DNA of 34,846 bases from Porpidia crustulata (taxonomy: Eukaryota). Where the stretch lies: the NCBI GenBank assembly GCA_964255105.1, contig CAXUWE010000009.1:1-34846 (forward strand). The letters run 5' to 3'. The position numbers and the translations under genes are program-made. The notes beneath the pieces are model-generated. The model was not told the origin of the DNA, did not search any database, and was given only the letters and a program-made list of their open reading frames with translations. Below are positions 1 through 13,562 of this stretch, one piece after another. The first letter of the stretch is position 1. Each line of letters starts with the position of its first letter.

Positions 1-414
1 GTTTGGGGTCGTGAAAGGACCATTCCGCCTTCTAGACGGACGCAAGCTCTTTGGCTGACACTTCAATTTTCAAAAGGGGTGATTTTTGATCGAATTAGGA
101 CAGAGTGCAAAGAAGCGATTTGACAAGGGAAAGGTTTATAACCCTATCACTAAGCCCTATTTGAGTCATATTAAGCCCCAAATGGAGGGGTGTATGAGTA
201 GGCAAAAGGGGTGTACGGTTAGTGATTCTTTATAATAATAATACTCAGTCTTTCAACCTTTAATTTTTAAGCGCCCAATATTAACCGAGTTTCTCATTAT
301 CTCCAGTCGAAAAGACTTGAATATCCGTCTTAAACCAACAGTTTCTCCTTATACCCCCCTCATTCTGATCTCTCATCAGGCATTAGCTGCTCAGAAGCTT
401 CAAAGTTTCTAGGT

Positions 415-2734
415 ATGGTTGCTTCTGCGTCCAAAATAATTGATGAGAATAGTTGTGAGTCCAAGTACGAGCCGAACTTTAAACACGATCCACTACCAGA
501 AGGCCACGTTCGACTCTTAAGGGTCCAAGAGAGTCTGAACGCTTCATACTCCGATGATGAGATAGAAATCTCGCTGATCTCAGCATCGCTTTCCGCATGC
601 CCGCCTTACAACACGTTGTCCTACACTTGGGCGGACCCCGAACCATTCCAATATCCCAAGACCGTCGTTTTTACAAAGATAGCCCAATGTTATCCCGTTA
701 AGTGTGGTGGGGGATTGATTCTCGTGACCCGCAATCTTCGCAATGCTCTACGTTCATTGCAGAATGTCCCGACATTAGCCACATCTAGAACTGATATTAA
801 TAAGATCACGAATATGCATCTGTATTGGATTGACGCTATATGTATCAATCAAGAAGATATCCAAGAGCGATCTCGACAGATTCCGCTGATGGGTCGGATT
901 TACGGTCAAGCTCAATGCACTATTGTCTGGCTCGGGGAGCGTGATTTTTACACGGAGCTAGCGATGCGGGTTTTACGAAAGATAGCGGGTGATCAGATCT
1001 CCAGCGATAGCCTTTTCCAGTTAAATGGCGATAGATTATTGACGAACACCAAATTTGAGGGTTTTCATAGTCTAAGTGACGATGAAACTGTAGCGCTCGG
1101 CATGCTGTTAACGCGGAAATGGTTTTCCAGAACATGGGTCCTTCAGGAGGTCGTTTTATCCCCAACTGTGATGACATTGTGGGGTCCAGTCAATTTTTCC
1201 TTCACTCTCCTCCTCAAGGCAGCTAGCGTTCTGTTAGAATCGAGATCATCAGTACCTTTCTTCGGACGCCTCGTGGCTCTCCTAAAAGAAAAGCGCTGGG
1301 ATAGCTCGCGCCCTGACATATATAGGGAAATTTTAGGAGCTCAGTCGGCCCTGTTAATGATTCAATACGGCCGAAAATGCTCGCAAAAGAACATAAAACC
1401 CAGCTTCCTGATAGTTGCAAGAATGTGCCGTGGTTCTCAATCGTCAGACCTACGAGATAAGATCTATGGAGTCCTTAGTATAGCTGCAGAACTCGAAGAG
1501 AGCGGTCAAGGGGACAATAAACCAGACTACAATCTCACTGTGGCAGAAGTGTATATGAGGGCGACAGTAGTGGTTATAAGATCAAGATCTGATCTCGCTT
1601 GCCTCAATCTTACCTGCGATGCAGCTTACAAGAATATCGAGGGCCTCCCCTCTTGGTGTCCAGATTATAGCACGTTTCAGGTACCTCTTATAGAAGTCTA
1701 TGACATGGAAAGGACGGAGCAGCTAGGATTATCCTGGTCAAATGCACTGTCTCCCGAGATCGTTGAAACCTCCAGCCTCAGGGTAGACGGCTGCAAGTTC
1801 GACATCGTTGCGGAAACCTCACAATTAATGAAGAACGGACTAGATGGTTCGATACCTCATGGTTTGAGCGCTGTGTTCAATTTAGCCACATGTTTGGAAG
1901 ATGAAGTTGCATCTACTTCGATTGCGAGGTAGGACTCTGGGCTTTTGTGGAGCACTCCAGAACTGACAGCCCAGGTATGATCAAGTTCCATTCGAGAAAT
2001 TATGGAGAACCATTATCTATGACCAATATGACGAGCATACGCCAGCGCCGGCGACTGTAGCCTTGTTTATTCCTGCATTCCTTCTATACATTCTGATTAT
2101 GATCTACGATATAGATGGCACTGAACCTCGTGATACCGGCCACGTTTGTTCCATCGAGGTTCTTCTGACGAAGACGTCCCTAATTGAAGAAATTTCAAGA
2201 TTGGAGTCGATTAAGAATCGGCTCAAGCGCCAGACACATTATGAGACTTTCGGCATGCCCAATTTCAGCCGTATACGTAAGTCGGTCATCGAACATCCAT
2301 CTTGGAAGGAAAGTTCCAGCGTCGATGACTTAAGAGAAATCCTCACAGACATCAGCGTAGAAGAACTTCGTCTGTCATACCAGGAGCACAAGGCTGGAAG
2401 CTCGACAGTGGGTCTATTGAGCTTAGGTACGACCAGCTCAACGTCGAGCCTCGAAGAGTTGTACAACCTTCTAGTACAGAATTTCGGTGCCTTTTTGTTT
2501 GATGGTCGCATGCCAAGAGTCTATTTTAGGACAAGAAGTACCTTAGGCGTCGGACAGACATCAGTCCGAGCTGGAGACGAGATATGGCTCCTATATGGTG
2601 CTACCGCACCTGTTATACTTAGATCCTTGCCCAACGGTAATTACCGTTTCATGGGCGAGGCATATGTGCATGGTATTATGTACGGAAAAGCAGCTGGCCG
2701 ATGCGAATCGCATAGCCCTATCATACTTGAATGA
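415..2734 (+). CDS. HET-domain (heterokaryon incompatibility, HET-6-like) protein, ~757 aa, 2 exons (415-1928, 1975-2734)
   Basis: Motifs YNTLSYTW, YWIDAICINQED..ERSRQIPLMGRIY..A..TIVWLG, WFSRTWVLQE, DLRDKIYGVL, LPSWCPDY and C-terminal GEAYVHGIMYG. A 46-nt intron 1929-1974 (GTAGGA...CTGAC...CAG) joins ORF 415..1932 to the frame of ORF 2063..2734 and restores KLWRTII. Confidence 0.9.
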
Positions 2735-3257
2735 CTTTTGTATCCAAGTTTTATACAAATATATATCTAGATATGTGAATGCAAGTGCCAGAAGAAAAGA
2801 TTCTCGAAAAAGCTGAACATTGCTTATCCTTTATTTCTTAGTAGAATACGGAAAGGAAATTCTACAACGACCGCTCGATGATAGAGCAAGGGGGCGTGAT
2901 AAGAAAGTACTATTAGGGCAAGGGGAGCAAAAGGGGCGCACGAGAAAAGGGGGGGACACGAGAGAGGATTAAGGAAGTAGATGAACGAATTGGGTTTAAG
3001 CGCGCGAGCTACATGTAGATGCCTTATAGTAATGTAGGATACTCTATAGATCTATATTCCTAGAGTTTCTACTAAGGTCAACAGATACGGATAGCATCAG
3101 CCTTACTACTATACTGATTGAATTTGAAATTTTTTTAAGGGTTATCATTACACATGAATCTACAAGATCTTTAGAAGACAATAACGAACAACCTAGAAAC
3201 AAGACACTACCTTTGACACCTAAAAGACTATATCCCGCTCCTTCCGCATCTTTCGCA

Positions 3258-6200
3258 TTACGCCGCTTGAACAATATCGCGTACAATTCTCGCAGCACGG
3301 TGTAGCTGCTTGACAAAAGCTGCGGTCCGTTCCGGCGAACCACCGGTGAGGCAAACACGAATCCTACGGTCAGAGGTTAATCAGGGTTTCTAGCAGAACT
3401 TTGATTGGACGTGACTTACTCGCTTTTCTCCGGCCATATGATAGTCCAAAACCCCTCGGCATCGGGTAATAGGGTGGCGAAGTCCTCGACGACCATTTCC
3501 GTGTCGAGTCCGTTGCTCTGAGCAAAGATGGTGGGGAACGGTTTGCCGAAAAAGATGTGCTCGCTGAGGAAACGCGGCTTTGGCGTGCCGGCGTCGGATG
3601 GCCACAGCCAGCTCAGCACCTCGAAGACTCGCATGTAGCTGCGCCCGTTAAGCATGGTTAGCATATCGGCGTGCATCTGCTTGGTGGCGGGCGATAGGAG
3701 AGCCGCCAGTCGGGCTGTCTGGCCAGGTTGGCTCTGATCTTGATCTTGATAGGCCTTGGCGGCTGCGTCGCAGAAAGTAACAACCGTGGGCGTGGCTTTT
3801 TGCACGGCATCAGAACGGCCGGTGTGGTAGTGAGCTGCGCTGGTAGGCTCCCACGAAGGGATGTTTCGTCCAAAGAAGAGCCGCAAAGCGAGTTGAAAGG
3901 TGATGTCAACGACTGCCTTGATAGATACTTTGCCCTGCACTAGGAAGTCGGTGCCAAATTCTGTGAGATGCTCTCGCACGTATGTTCTATTTGCCGGCGA
4001 GGTATACTCGAGGAAGCGATTCCTAAGCACACTTATGTGACCCTCAATTTCAGGCGTTGTTTGAAGAATGACTTCGGCGAGCTCGGTTCTTGACGTAAGC
4101 CTGCCGTTCAGCTGATCCTGGTTGGAACTGGGCATATACTCATCGATGGCGGTGACCATCCATTCCAAGAGACGTGCAGGAGTGGTGCCATCGATGATTC
4201 CATGCTCGGTGATCGAGCCTGAGCGACCATTCGCGCTTACGTAAAACTGTAACACTTTGTCAAACCAGCGATTCGAACCATCGCCGATGTAGCCCTGTCG
4301 CGCGTTTTCTTCGGGCGTTTCGGGGCATCCATCATCCAAGCACAAGACGAACATAGCGGCATCAATGACGTGGAAGTATTTGGCATTAGCAAGGCTCAAT
4401 GCCGACAGCTTCTCTCTCTTCTGTGAACAAGAATGTGAGCACGGAGTAAAAAAAAACGATATGGGTGATTAGCGTTGACTTACTAGCGCCCACGAGTCTC
4501 TCTCATCCGTGGTCAGTATACCTGGCCAGACACCATCGTCTTCCACTTGCGCTACGATGGCTTCAAACGTGGACTTAAGCTCTTCAAACGGCACGTCTTT
4601 TCCATGATCCTGATCTTGAAGCATCACCTTGAAAACGTGACCTCTCCTCAATACTGCGATATAATCGCGAGCACTTTGGTCTTCCGAATCGTAGCGCATC
4701 ATCTTGTCGCACCCAACATGGGGCACTCGCACCGAATTGAAGAGCCAGTCCCATCTCCACGTGCACTCAGGCTTGCCACCGATTCGAAGAGGCTCGATTG
4801 TACCGGCCTTCATCGCCCGCTTGAAGGACAGGGCCGTCGAAGAGATGATGGCGGCACGTTCGGCCTGCGATTGAGGTCTCTTGCTATTGCGGTGTGCCCC
4901 CATAATACTAGCGTACGGAGCGATCGGGCTCCGTCTGGACAGCCATCGAGCATCCGTGAGGATGTCGTTATACCAGCCATTGCTCTTGTCATGGTCGTGC
5001 GTCTTGAACAATTCCTGAAAAACCTGGCGAGAAGGGCTACCCGGGGCTCTCATGGCCCGAATTTCTTGTTGAATCGACTCGAGCTGTTGAGGGCTGTAGA
5101 GATGTCTATTCGCCTCGAGCCAGAAGTTGAGAGCATCGTCCAGGTCCGGCAGGGGCTGGTCGGGCAGCTCTTCGTTAAGCCGGCAACAATCCCAGCCATG
5201 GCGAGGCTTAGTATTATCGTTATGTTCATGGCCATTTGCAATTACACCATTCATATTCTCAGGCGATGGCATTGTTCCACTCTTATTTGCGCTCTCCTGT
5301 TTCTCGTCGTCGTCGGCTTTGACTTTGACTCTGCACTTCAGATCCATCCTCGATACAATTAGTTTGGCGAGGGCAATAATGCTTTGTGCGCCAATTAGCT
5401 CGGATGTCTGCAAGGGCGTCTGGAAGATATGCTTGATCCAATTCTTAAGTTCGATAGAGACCAGGGAATCCAGCCCGAGTGACATTATAGGTTGATCGGC
5501 TGGCACGTCGTCGCCTATAAAGGCAGCGAATTTGTCGAGAAGGGCCTGCTCAACGATATCCTCGGCTTCCTCCACCGACTCGGCTCGTTCAACGGCCTGC
5601 GTGGCACTTGGCTTTTTGCTGTCGGCCGCACTGTTGATTGTTGCTTCTTCTTGGCTCCTCTTACTAGGCACGTGGTCGAATAGATGGTCACTTAAAGCTG
5701 TCTGGCCTATGGCGTCTTCCATGGTGTCGCGATCGAAGGGCATAATACATTGCAGGGCTTCATCAACTCGGGCTTGCGGTCCCATGGCATACTTGAGCGT
5801 AGCGAGGAGCTCGCGAAACGTTACAGCGCCAATGATGCGCGCGATCTCGCTGTTCTGATCGAGGGCCCGGGCAATCTGTTCCGACCCCTCCACGGCGCCA
5901 ACATTGATAGTAGTGTACTGGGTGATGCCTTGATTGCCTTGGGTGTGGACGCGGGCAAAGGCGTCCTGGAAAGCATTGCCTGCCGCATAGTTGCTTTGGG
6001 AGGGCGAGCCGATGAGACTAGCCACGGACGAAAGCATGATGAAGAAATCTGTTGTCTCCGGCGAAACAAACGCCTTGTGCATGTTCCGCGTGCCCCAGAC
6101 CTTGGGGTTCACGGCTGTTTCCCAGTGCTCGAGCTCCATGTACTCCAAAGGGTGGTCACAAAGCACCAATGCACTCTGGATAACGCCTCTCACCGGTGGG

Positions 6201-9200
6201 AGTGCCGCTATTTCGTTGGTAGCAGCACGTGTGCTCTCCTCATCGCCGATGTCACACTTGAGAATGTGGAGTGTACCTCCAAGTTGGCTAATACTCTCCT
6301 CTAACGACACCCGTTGCTGAGAATCGACACTCCGGCGCGATAGGGCCACGATATGACCAGCCCCGTGCTCAACGAGGAAGCGGCCCATTCTCTTGCCCAG
6401 ATCACCGAGGCCACCTCCAATGACATACGTCCCCTCGTGATGTAGTCGGAGCGGAGGGACCTTTGGCCTGGGTGCTTGCACAACCGTCTGTTCGTCGGCC
6501 ACCAACACTAGCTTTCCTACGTGTTTCCTCGCAGCGATGAGACGGAAGGTTTCCTCGATGCGACTTATAGGGTACGTCGTCACTGGGTAGACGGGCTTCA
6601 CAAGGCCCTTGTCAGCCATGGCGAATACTTCTCTGAGCCCGCGGGACACATATTCAGGACGCAGTCGGTACATGTGCGAAACGTCCACGGCAGCAAAGGT
6701 CGCCTGCTTTTCGAAATTGGCCATGTTCAACTGGCTGCGGCCAAATATATCCGACTTGCCAATCTCGACAAACGTCCCGAATTGGGCAACGCAGTCCCAG
6801 CTGTCCATCAGGAGCTCGCCCGAGAGGGAATTAAGGACTACGTCAACACCTTTGCCCTGAGTCGAGCGCAGGATGCCTTTCTTGAAATAACGGGAATGTG
6901 AGGAGAAGATGTGGTTTTCAGGTATGCCGTACTGGTCCTGGATCAGCTTTCGCTTAGGGACGCTACTCACCGTGGCAAATATCTCAGCTCCGATGAGCTT
7001 CGCGAGCTGGATGGCGGCTTGACCTACACCTCCCGAGGCTGCGTGAATCAAAACGGTTTGGCCCTTCTCAAGCCGGGCAACGTGGGTGAGACAGTACCAA
7101 GCCGTGTAGTAGACAACGGCGAGAGAGGCGGCGTCGGCGAAGGTAATGGAATCTGGGATGGCTACTGTACCAGCGCTGTCAATTCGCACCAGGTTTCCAA
7201 AGGGGGCTACCATGAGTCCAAGGACCCTGTCGCCGGTTTTCCACAACGATTGAACATTAGAGCCGACTGCAGTAACTACTCCAGCTGCCTCGCCGGTCAT
7301 TGCTGATCCCGGTTGCATCTGGCCCAAGGAAATGAATACATCTTTGAAGTTAACACCGTGCGCGTAAGCCTGTACCTCGATCTGGTCTGGGCCAAGCGGC
7401 TCTGCCATCATGTTGTTGTCCACGAAGCGAATAGTGTTGAGCAAGCCCGGTACCTGGACGTCAAACATTAGAGGCCTATCTTTGTCGAGATATTTGCACT
7501 CTATCATAGATGTAGCGCCCTGGTCTTGGTCTTGGTTCTGACTGTCGGTGTAACTTGCAAAGCGGTCGTCGGGAATGACTCTGGGGATGGTCAATTTGCC
7601 ATCGCAAATAGTGTACTCCAGCTCTTCAGCGCAAACCGTCGGAGAGACAGGCCAGAAGGATGACATGGCGATTTTGGTGAGGGTCTGCACAATACGCTCA
7701 ATCTCCAGGCTTCCGTGTCCGCTTCCGGAAAGCTGGATCTGGTCTTGGATGTCGACCGTGATGAGCCGCAGACCAGGATTCTCGCGTCGGACTACCCTCC
7801 TCATGCCGTTAACCATGTTCTTCAGGGCCGCAGTCTCAGCAGATGGTGGCGAATATTGAAAGCTGACCCAGAGGACACTCCTGCCTTGGAGCAGAAGCTG
7901 TTTTGTCTGCTCAAATGCTTCCTGGGTCGGATCCAGCAGGAGCGGGTGCTCGGCAGAGTCAATAACTATCAGAAGCTTGTCGGCATCTGTTGCAGTGTCG
8001 GTCGTGCCCCAGGCTTGCTGGCTGCATGTAACACCTTTTTTGCCCAAAGAGAGACGTATTGCGTCTCCGAGGGCCACCTGAGAGGAATGCGAGTACCCGA
8101 GACGCACACTCGCTTTCATCTCCATCACAGAACCTGGACCTTGAATGTCCTGGCTGTCACTTCTGTCCAATGTGCCTGTAGCTTGAGTCACAATCATAGT
8201 ACTGATTGCGCTCGAACTGCCAGTGTGAGCTGGAATGGCAAGATCCGTGCCGCTGAAGCCATGACGCTTCAATACACTGTCCCATTCAGATACGGAGAGG
8301 AGCGGCCCATCCTTGCGTCCATCTTCAGACATCCACCAGCCCTCCAATGTGCCAAAAATGACGTTTTGGGCGGCCGCGAGCTGCGTAAGTTCTATGAGGA
8401 TGAGTCGACCGCCTGGCTTTAACAATTTCCGCACATTTGTCATCGTGACGTCCATCAGAGGTGTGGCATGCAACACGATGGAGGCAACAATCACATCAAA
8501 TGTATGAGCGGTGTAGCTCTGAGCGAGCGGATCGCGTGAAATATCGAGTGTCTTGAAGTCGATCTGGCCAGTCCACTTGCTGAACGTATTTTGCGCACGC
8601 ACGAAGAAGCCCGAGGAGATATCGGTATAGGTGTACTTATCTAAAAGTAGCCGGCCGTTGCGGTTGATGCTTTCCATGAGCGGCAGGGTTGCGCTGCCGG
8701 TACCAGCACCAATCTCCAAAATCTTCATCTTGGGGTTTTTGTGAACGAGAGTTAGCAGATACTCGGCCCCTTGCGCATAGTGGCAGTTGAACAGGGTGGC
8801 CTCGGAGTAAAGTCGCCCTAGCAAGTTGTCCTGAATCAGGAGCTCGAGTGAGTCCGCTTTTCCAGTGAAGAGATCAAAAAGCCACGGCCCGAAGCGACTC
8901 AAGGTGAACCCGACGATATTATCATTCCTTGCCTGCTCTATGAGCTGGGCTTCGTCTTCAGGAGTGACACCGGCCAGAAACCGTTCGGCCTCGTACTGGT
9001 TCCACTCTGCCATCCAGCTTAGGAGTTTGGAGAGGTGGGGAGAGCATGCCGTGGATATGTTCTCCTCTCGCATGCGGTTGACTACCCTGCGAATGAAAAT
9101 CGTTGCGACTTGGTCGTTGAGACGCAGTTGCTCCTCGGCGATGAGCTTACTCAGCGTTCCGTACCCGACATCGAGGAGGCTGTGGCGAGAAACGTGATCC

Positions 9201-12200
9201 ATGAAGTCGTTTTGTGTGATATGATCGGCGTCGGGCTTGTATTCTAGTCGGTAACTTGTTTTCTGCTTAAGGGAATTGGTCGAATTGACTTCTCCAACGA
9301 CTTGAGGCCGAATCGCGCTACCCGTGAACACGGGACGGAACGTTCCATTGCTCTGCTTCTGAAAGGCACAGAAGTTCCCTGACGCTGACCGTCGACTTTC
9401 TGGAAACAAATAGAAAGTCACCAGAATCTCGGCGCCTGGCGTAGTATCAATGTCGGCAGATATTGATACTTCGCCGATCGTGACGGGCATCATGGGTGCG
9501 ATAGTGCACTCTCGTCGGAACACTACGGCCTCTAGCTGGATCATGGAGTCGAAGGCAGTAGGATGAATGGTATGCGGCTGCATATAGTGCCCAGGCATCA
9601 TTTGCGCGACATTGTCAACGACAATCCTGGCAAGACCGCAGCACTTGCCAACATGGATCTCTTTTAGACCCTGAAAGCTGGGGCCATAGGCATTCCCTGA
9701 TGCTGTGAGTTCACCATAGAGCTCTGCTGGATCGACTTGGATATTAGAGTTTGTCTGGATGTCCGCCAACATTTCAGTGGCGGCTGCCATCGTCAGATGA
9801 CCCAGGCCATCATCAATTCTGGTGCCCTTGAATTCATCGAACTGGGATTGAGACTTGCTAGTATCGGATTCGCTTGCGGTAAGGCCGGTGCAGTGTTCGA
9901 TCCAAGAGTCGATCTGAGAATCGTAGGAGAGGACCCGGAAGTACTCCCAGGGACTTCCCGCATATTGACGCGCAGGGCTAAGTGTGAGTTGCAATTCGAC
10001 CTCGCGGTCGCCTTTCGCACCTGCACCGTCACTAGGGACCACGACGGGTTTCGCGAAGGTGACGTCTCGGAAATTGATGCACTTGAGACGACTTGGAATC
10101 TTACGTATGTGGAACAGTTGCTTCATGGCTTCGGTAACCATGGTCAAATAGCCGACACCCGGGAAAATGACGAATCCCTCGACAACGTGGTCTCGCAGCC
10201 ATGGGAGAGTTTGTAGGCTAACGTGATATCTCCATCGCGGCTCATTTGGAGAGCTATGGACGTCGAAGAGGCCGAGAAGGTCATGGTTAGGGAAGGGACG
10301 AAGACGGTGGCCTTTGCTGAGCCTTGATTCGTGCCAGTAGGTAGAGTGTTCCCACGCATACGTTGGAAGATTGTCAACGACCTGATACTGAGAGTTTGAG
10401 CTAACATTTCCACGCATTACAGCATCTAGCTGAACGGGGTATCCAGCTTCGAACGCCTTGCCTACTAAGCCAAGGATAGTACTCACTGCGCTTTCGTTGC
10501 GGACAAGGCATGGAAGGTAGGTGTACTTGAAGGAACCACCCGAAACTTTGAAATCGGACAAGGACTGCCTCAACGGTCCAGCGAGCGCGGAGTGGGGACC
10601 AATTTCTACCAGGACGTTGTTGGCTGCGGAACCAACAACAGATAAGTGCTCTGCCACCAACCGAGACGCGGCACTGAATTTGACTTGTGAAACCAGGTTG
10701 GAGACCCAGTAAGAAGGCCCAAAATCGGACAGCTTGCGGGTACCAGTGACCGATGAGTAGAAGGCAAGATCCTTCCGTGCCATACCATGAGCCATGTTGT
10801 CCAGGGACGAGAGATATGATTGTGCCACCACCTCCATATGATGAGAATGGTAGGCCGAATCCACCTGGAGTCGTCGATTGAAGACAGACGCAGTGTCCAA
10901 GATAGCTTGGAGCGCTTCGATGGCCGCCAGGTCGCCAGAAATGGTGGTACTCTCGGGACTGTTCACGCAGGCTACGGTCACTTTGCCCTTGCCGCTGGCG
11001 ATGCCCTGGATTCTTTGTTTGATTGCTTCCTCTCCTTCGCCAACAGCCAGCATAGTCCCCGATGTCGCGTTCAAGCCTTTGGCCACGGAGGACCAAATGC
11101 CTCTGTTGTAGGAGGCTTGCATAGCGGCCTCCTTGCCGAGAGCACCCGCAGCGTAAGCGGCTGCAATTTCTCCTGAGCTGTGGCCACACACAGTCTGCGG
11201 TCGGATGCCGTAACTCTCAAGTAGGTCAACCAGGGCGATCTGAATCGCTGTTGTACATGGCTGGGAGAACCTGCTATCACCGAGTCGCACTGTCTTCTTG
11301 TCCCGAGACAGTTCCTCGAGAAGGTCCCATTCGCATCCAAGGCCTTTCATGATCTGGTCACAAAGTGCTACTGAGGATGCAAAGACTCGTGAGGTTGTCA
11401 AAAGCTCGCGACCCATGGCGAACCACTGAGCTCCCTGGCCCGTGAAGATGAAGGCCATGCCGACTCCATTTGCTGACTTGATAGGGCGTAGCTTCGAGTC
11501 TCCTAANNNNNNNNNNTTCTTTAGCTCTTCCGTTTTGCTTGCCAGGACTCTTGAGCGCCAAGGGAGTTTTGAGCGACGAATATTCAATGTGTAAGCCAGG
11601 TCAATGAAGGGAGTGCAACGGTCCTGGTCGGACGCGAGCCATTGTTGTAGCTTGGAAATCACATTGCTGAGCGACGTTTCAGAGTTTGCCGAGAGAACTA
11701 CCGGCATTCTTTGGGTGTGGTGATATTTGTAATCTCTGTCGGCAATTCCATTAGAGTGTCCATTGGAGTGTCCATTTGTAAGTCCATTGGCGTGTACGTT
11801 AGCATGTCCGTTAGAAAGTCCATTAAAGTTTCTATTGGAGTGTCCATTGGGTAGACGAGAATTAGTAATAGGGGCGTGGTCGTATGCCTCAAGAATGGCA
11901 TGAGCATTAGTTCCCCCGTAGCCAAAGCTGTTGACAGAGACTCGCCTGGGTCCAACATGACCTTCTGGCGTGAGCGATGTAAGTTCCAGTGGCACCTGGG
12001 CACAAATATCAGCAGCTAAGTAAAACAAGTGGGCCTCTCCATCGAAATAGACCTCAACTCACTTTGATGCCTCTCTCTTTAAGACGCAGAGTTGGCTTGG
12101 GGTTGATGAAATTAAGATGCGGCGGGATCTGATTCTTTTTCAAGACCATGACAGCTTTGATCACGCTTGCTACTCCGCTAGCAGATTCCAGATGGCCAAT

Positions 12201-13562
12201 ATTGGTCTTTATGCTCCCCTAATGCGACACGGATATCAGCCTTTCATCGGCCAGGGTTTGGATACAAAAGCTTTGTAATTTTTCTGTCTGGGGCGAGAGA
12301 TGCTGCAAAGAATGTCTGACACGCTAGAAACGGGGTAGCATGAGGGACAAGACGATTGGTTCAACGTACAACGGGTATATCAGACTTTCGCCCTGCTTCG
12401 CGCCCGAACACCTTGGAAATGGATTGAATTTCAGCATTGTCGCCTGCAGGACTACCGTGTTAGCATTACCAATGCTAACGAAGGAGGAGGGAAGTAAAAA
12501 ACATACCAGCCGCGGTCCCTGTACCATGAGTTTCCACATACAAAGTCTCGCGGGGGTCAAGGCCAGCCTTGGCATATATTGATCGTGCCAAAGCTTCCTG
12601 TGCATCGGCATTGGGCAGGAAAATGCCAGAAGTCTTGCCATCGTGACCAACCCCTGAGTCCACGATGACTGCATGGACCGCGTCACCGTCGGCCAGGGCT
12701 CGGTCAAGGCGCTTCAGAACAAGAACACCAAGACCCTCGCCTCGCCCATATCCAGCGCCACGATCATCGAAGGTGTAACATTTCCCGTCTTTATTGGTGA
12801 GTTGGCTAGGCTGGTCAGCATCGAGCAATTACGTTTGTAGCGAGGCCACTCACGACATGGCAATGGACTGGTCAGGCGTCAGCAGCAGTTGACTGGCCCC
12901 GGCAAGGGCCAGCGTAGACTCATTTGCCCTCAGCGTACCACACGCTTGGTGTAATGCCACGAGACTGCCAGACTGTATTAAATTACGTTCCGTGAGCAGA
13001 GCAAACATATGGCAGGACTGGTAATACTTACACATCCCGTATCTAGGGTGTTAGAAGAGCCTTTCAGATCCAAGACATATGAGATTCTGTTAGACAGAAT
13101 GGCATCTCCCGACCCTATAATGTGAGTCTTGTGAAGCTGAGGCCCGTCTCTGTAACCCATTCTGTCGTAATCTCGTGCAAACATTGCCATGTGCACAGAA
13201 GTGTTCGAGCCACGCAAGCTCTTGATGGGAATGCCAGCATTCTCGATTGCTTCGTAAGTAGTTTCGAGTAGAAGTCTCTGCTGGGGATCGATACCTGTAG
13301 CCTCAGCGCCGGGGATGCCAAAGAATCGCGCGTCGAAGGCTGATACGTCCTGATCCACATAATATCCGTGACTGAAATTCGTAGCTTCTCTAGCATCTGG
13401 ATTCTCGTGGTAGAAAGACTTCCAGTCCCAGCGGTCTTTGGGCACCTCTCTTAATCCATCCCTCCCCTCAGCCAACATAGACCATAGGCTCTCTGGATTA
13501 TCGGCGCCTCCTGGAAGGCGACAGGCCATTCCGATGACGGCGATCTTGCTTTCCGTTGCCAT
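3258..13562 (-). CDS. Highly reducing iterative type I PKS with C-terminal carnitine/choline acyltransferase-like domain (KS-AT-DH-cMT-ER-KR-ACP-cAT), ~3265 aa, 8 exons
   Basis: Exons 13562-13032, 12972-12854, 12805-12507, 12443-12370, 12218-12063, 11995-4484, 4420-3420 and 3363-3258. All introns are GT-AG; exons total 9798 nt, in frame. KS DTGCSGSL / ETHGTGT / [34 protein letters not shown]; c[49 protein letters not shown]; c[28 protein letters not shown] 10-N gap at 11507-11516 lies in the KS-AT linker. Confidence 0.95.
11507..11516. other. Assembly gap (10 N) inside the HR-PKS coding exon
   Basis: Run of ten N. Confidence 1.
11745..11855 (-). repeat. Coding low-complexity (S/T/A)NG(H/L) repeat in the KS-AT linker of the HR-PKS
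   Basis: Translation [35 protein letters not shown]; imperfect 12-nt units such as ggagtgtccatt on the + strand. Confidence 0.8.

Noticed and set aside
1..235. Possible transposon end at the left edge
   Set aside because: Only short repeated aggggtg motifs; no partner terminal repeat, target-site duplication or transposase visible in the window.
2887..2975. Purine/G-rich tract as a functional G-quadruplex
   Set aside because: G-runs with long irregular loops between convergent 3' ends; nothing supports a function.
3044..3358. 104-aa ORF as a separate gene
   Set aside because: It overlaps the true last HR-PKS exon in another frame and runs into the 3' UTR.
3416..4399. Stand-alone carnitine acyltransferase gene
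   Set aside because: The ORF starts at TTG mid-domain. A canonical 63-nt intron (4483-4421) joins it in frame to the PKS, and the N-terminal half of the domain lies in the PKS exon.
4547..11176. Numerous antisense and alternate-frame ORFs over the HR-PKS (likewise over the NR-PKS, UGT and P450)
   Set aside because: Shadow ORFs from the codon bias of long coding exons; no motifs.
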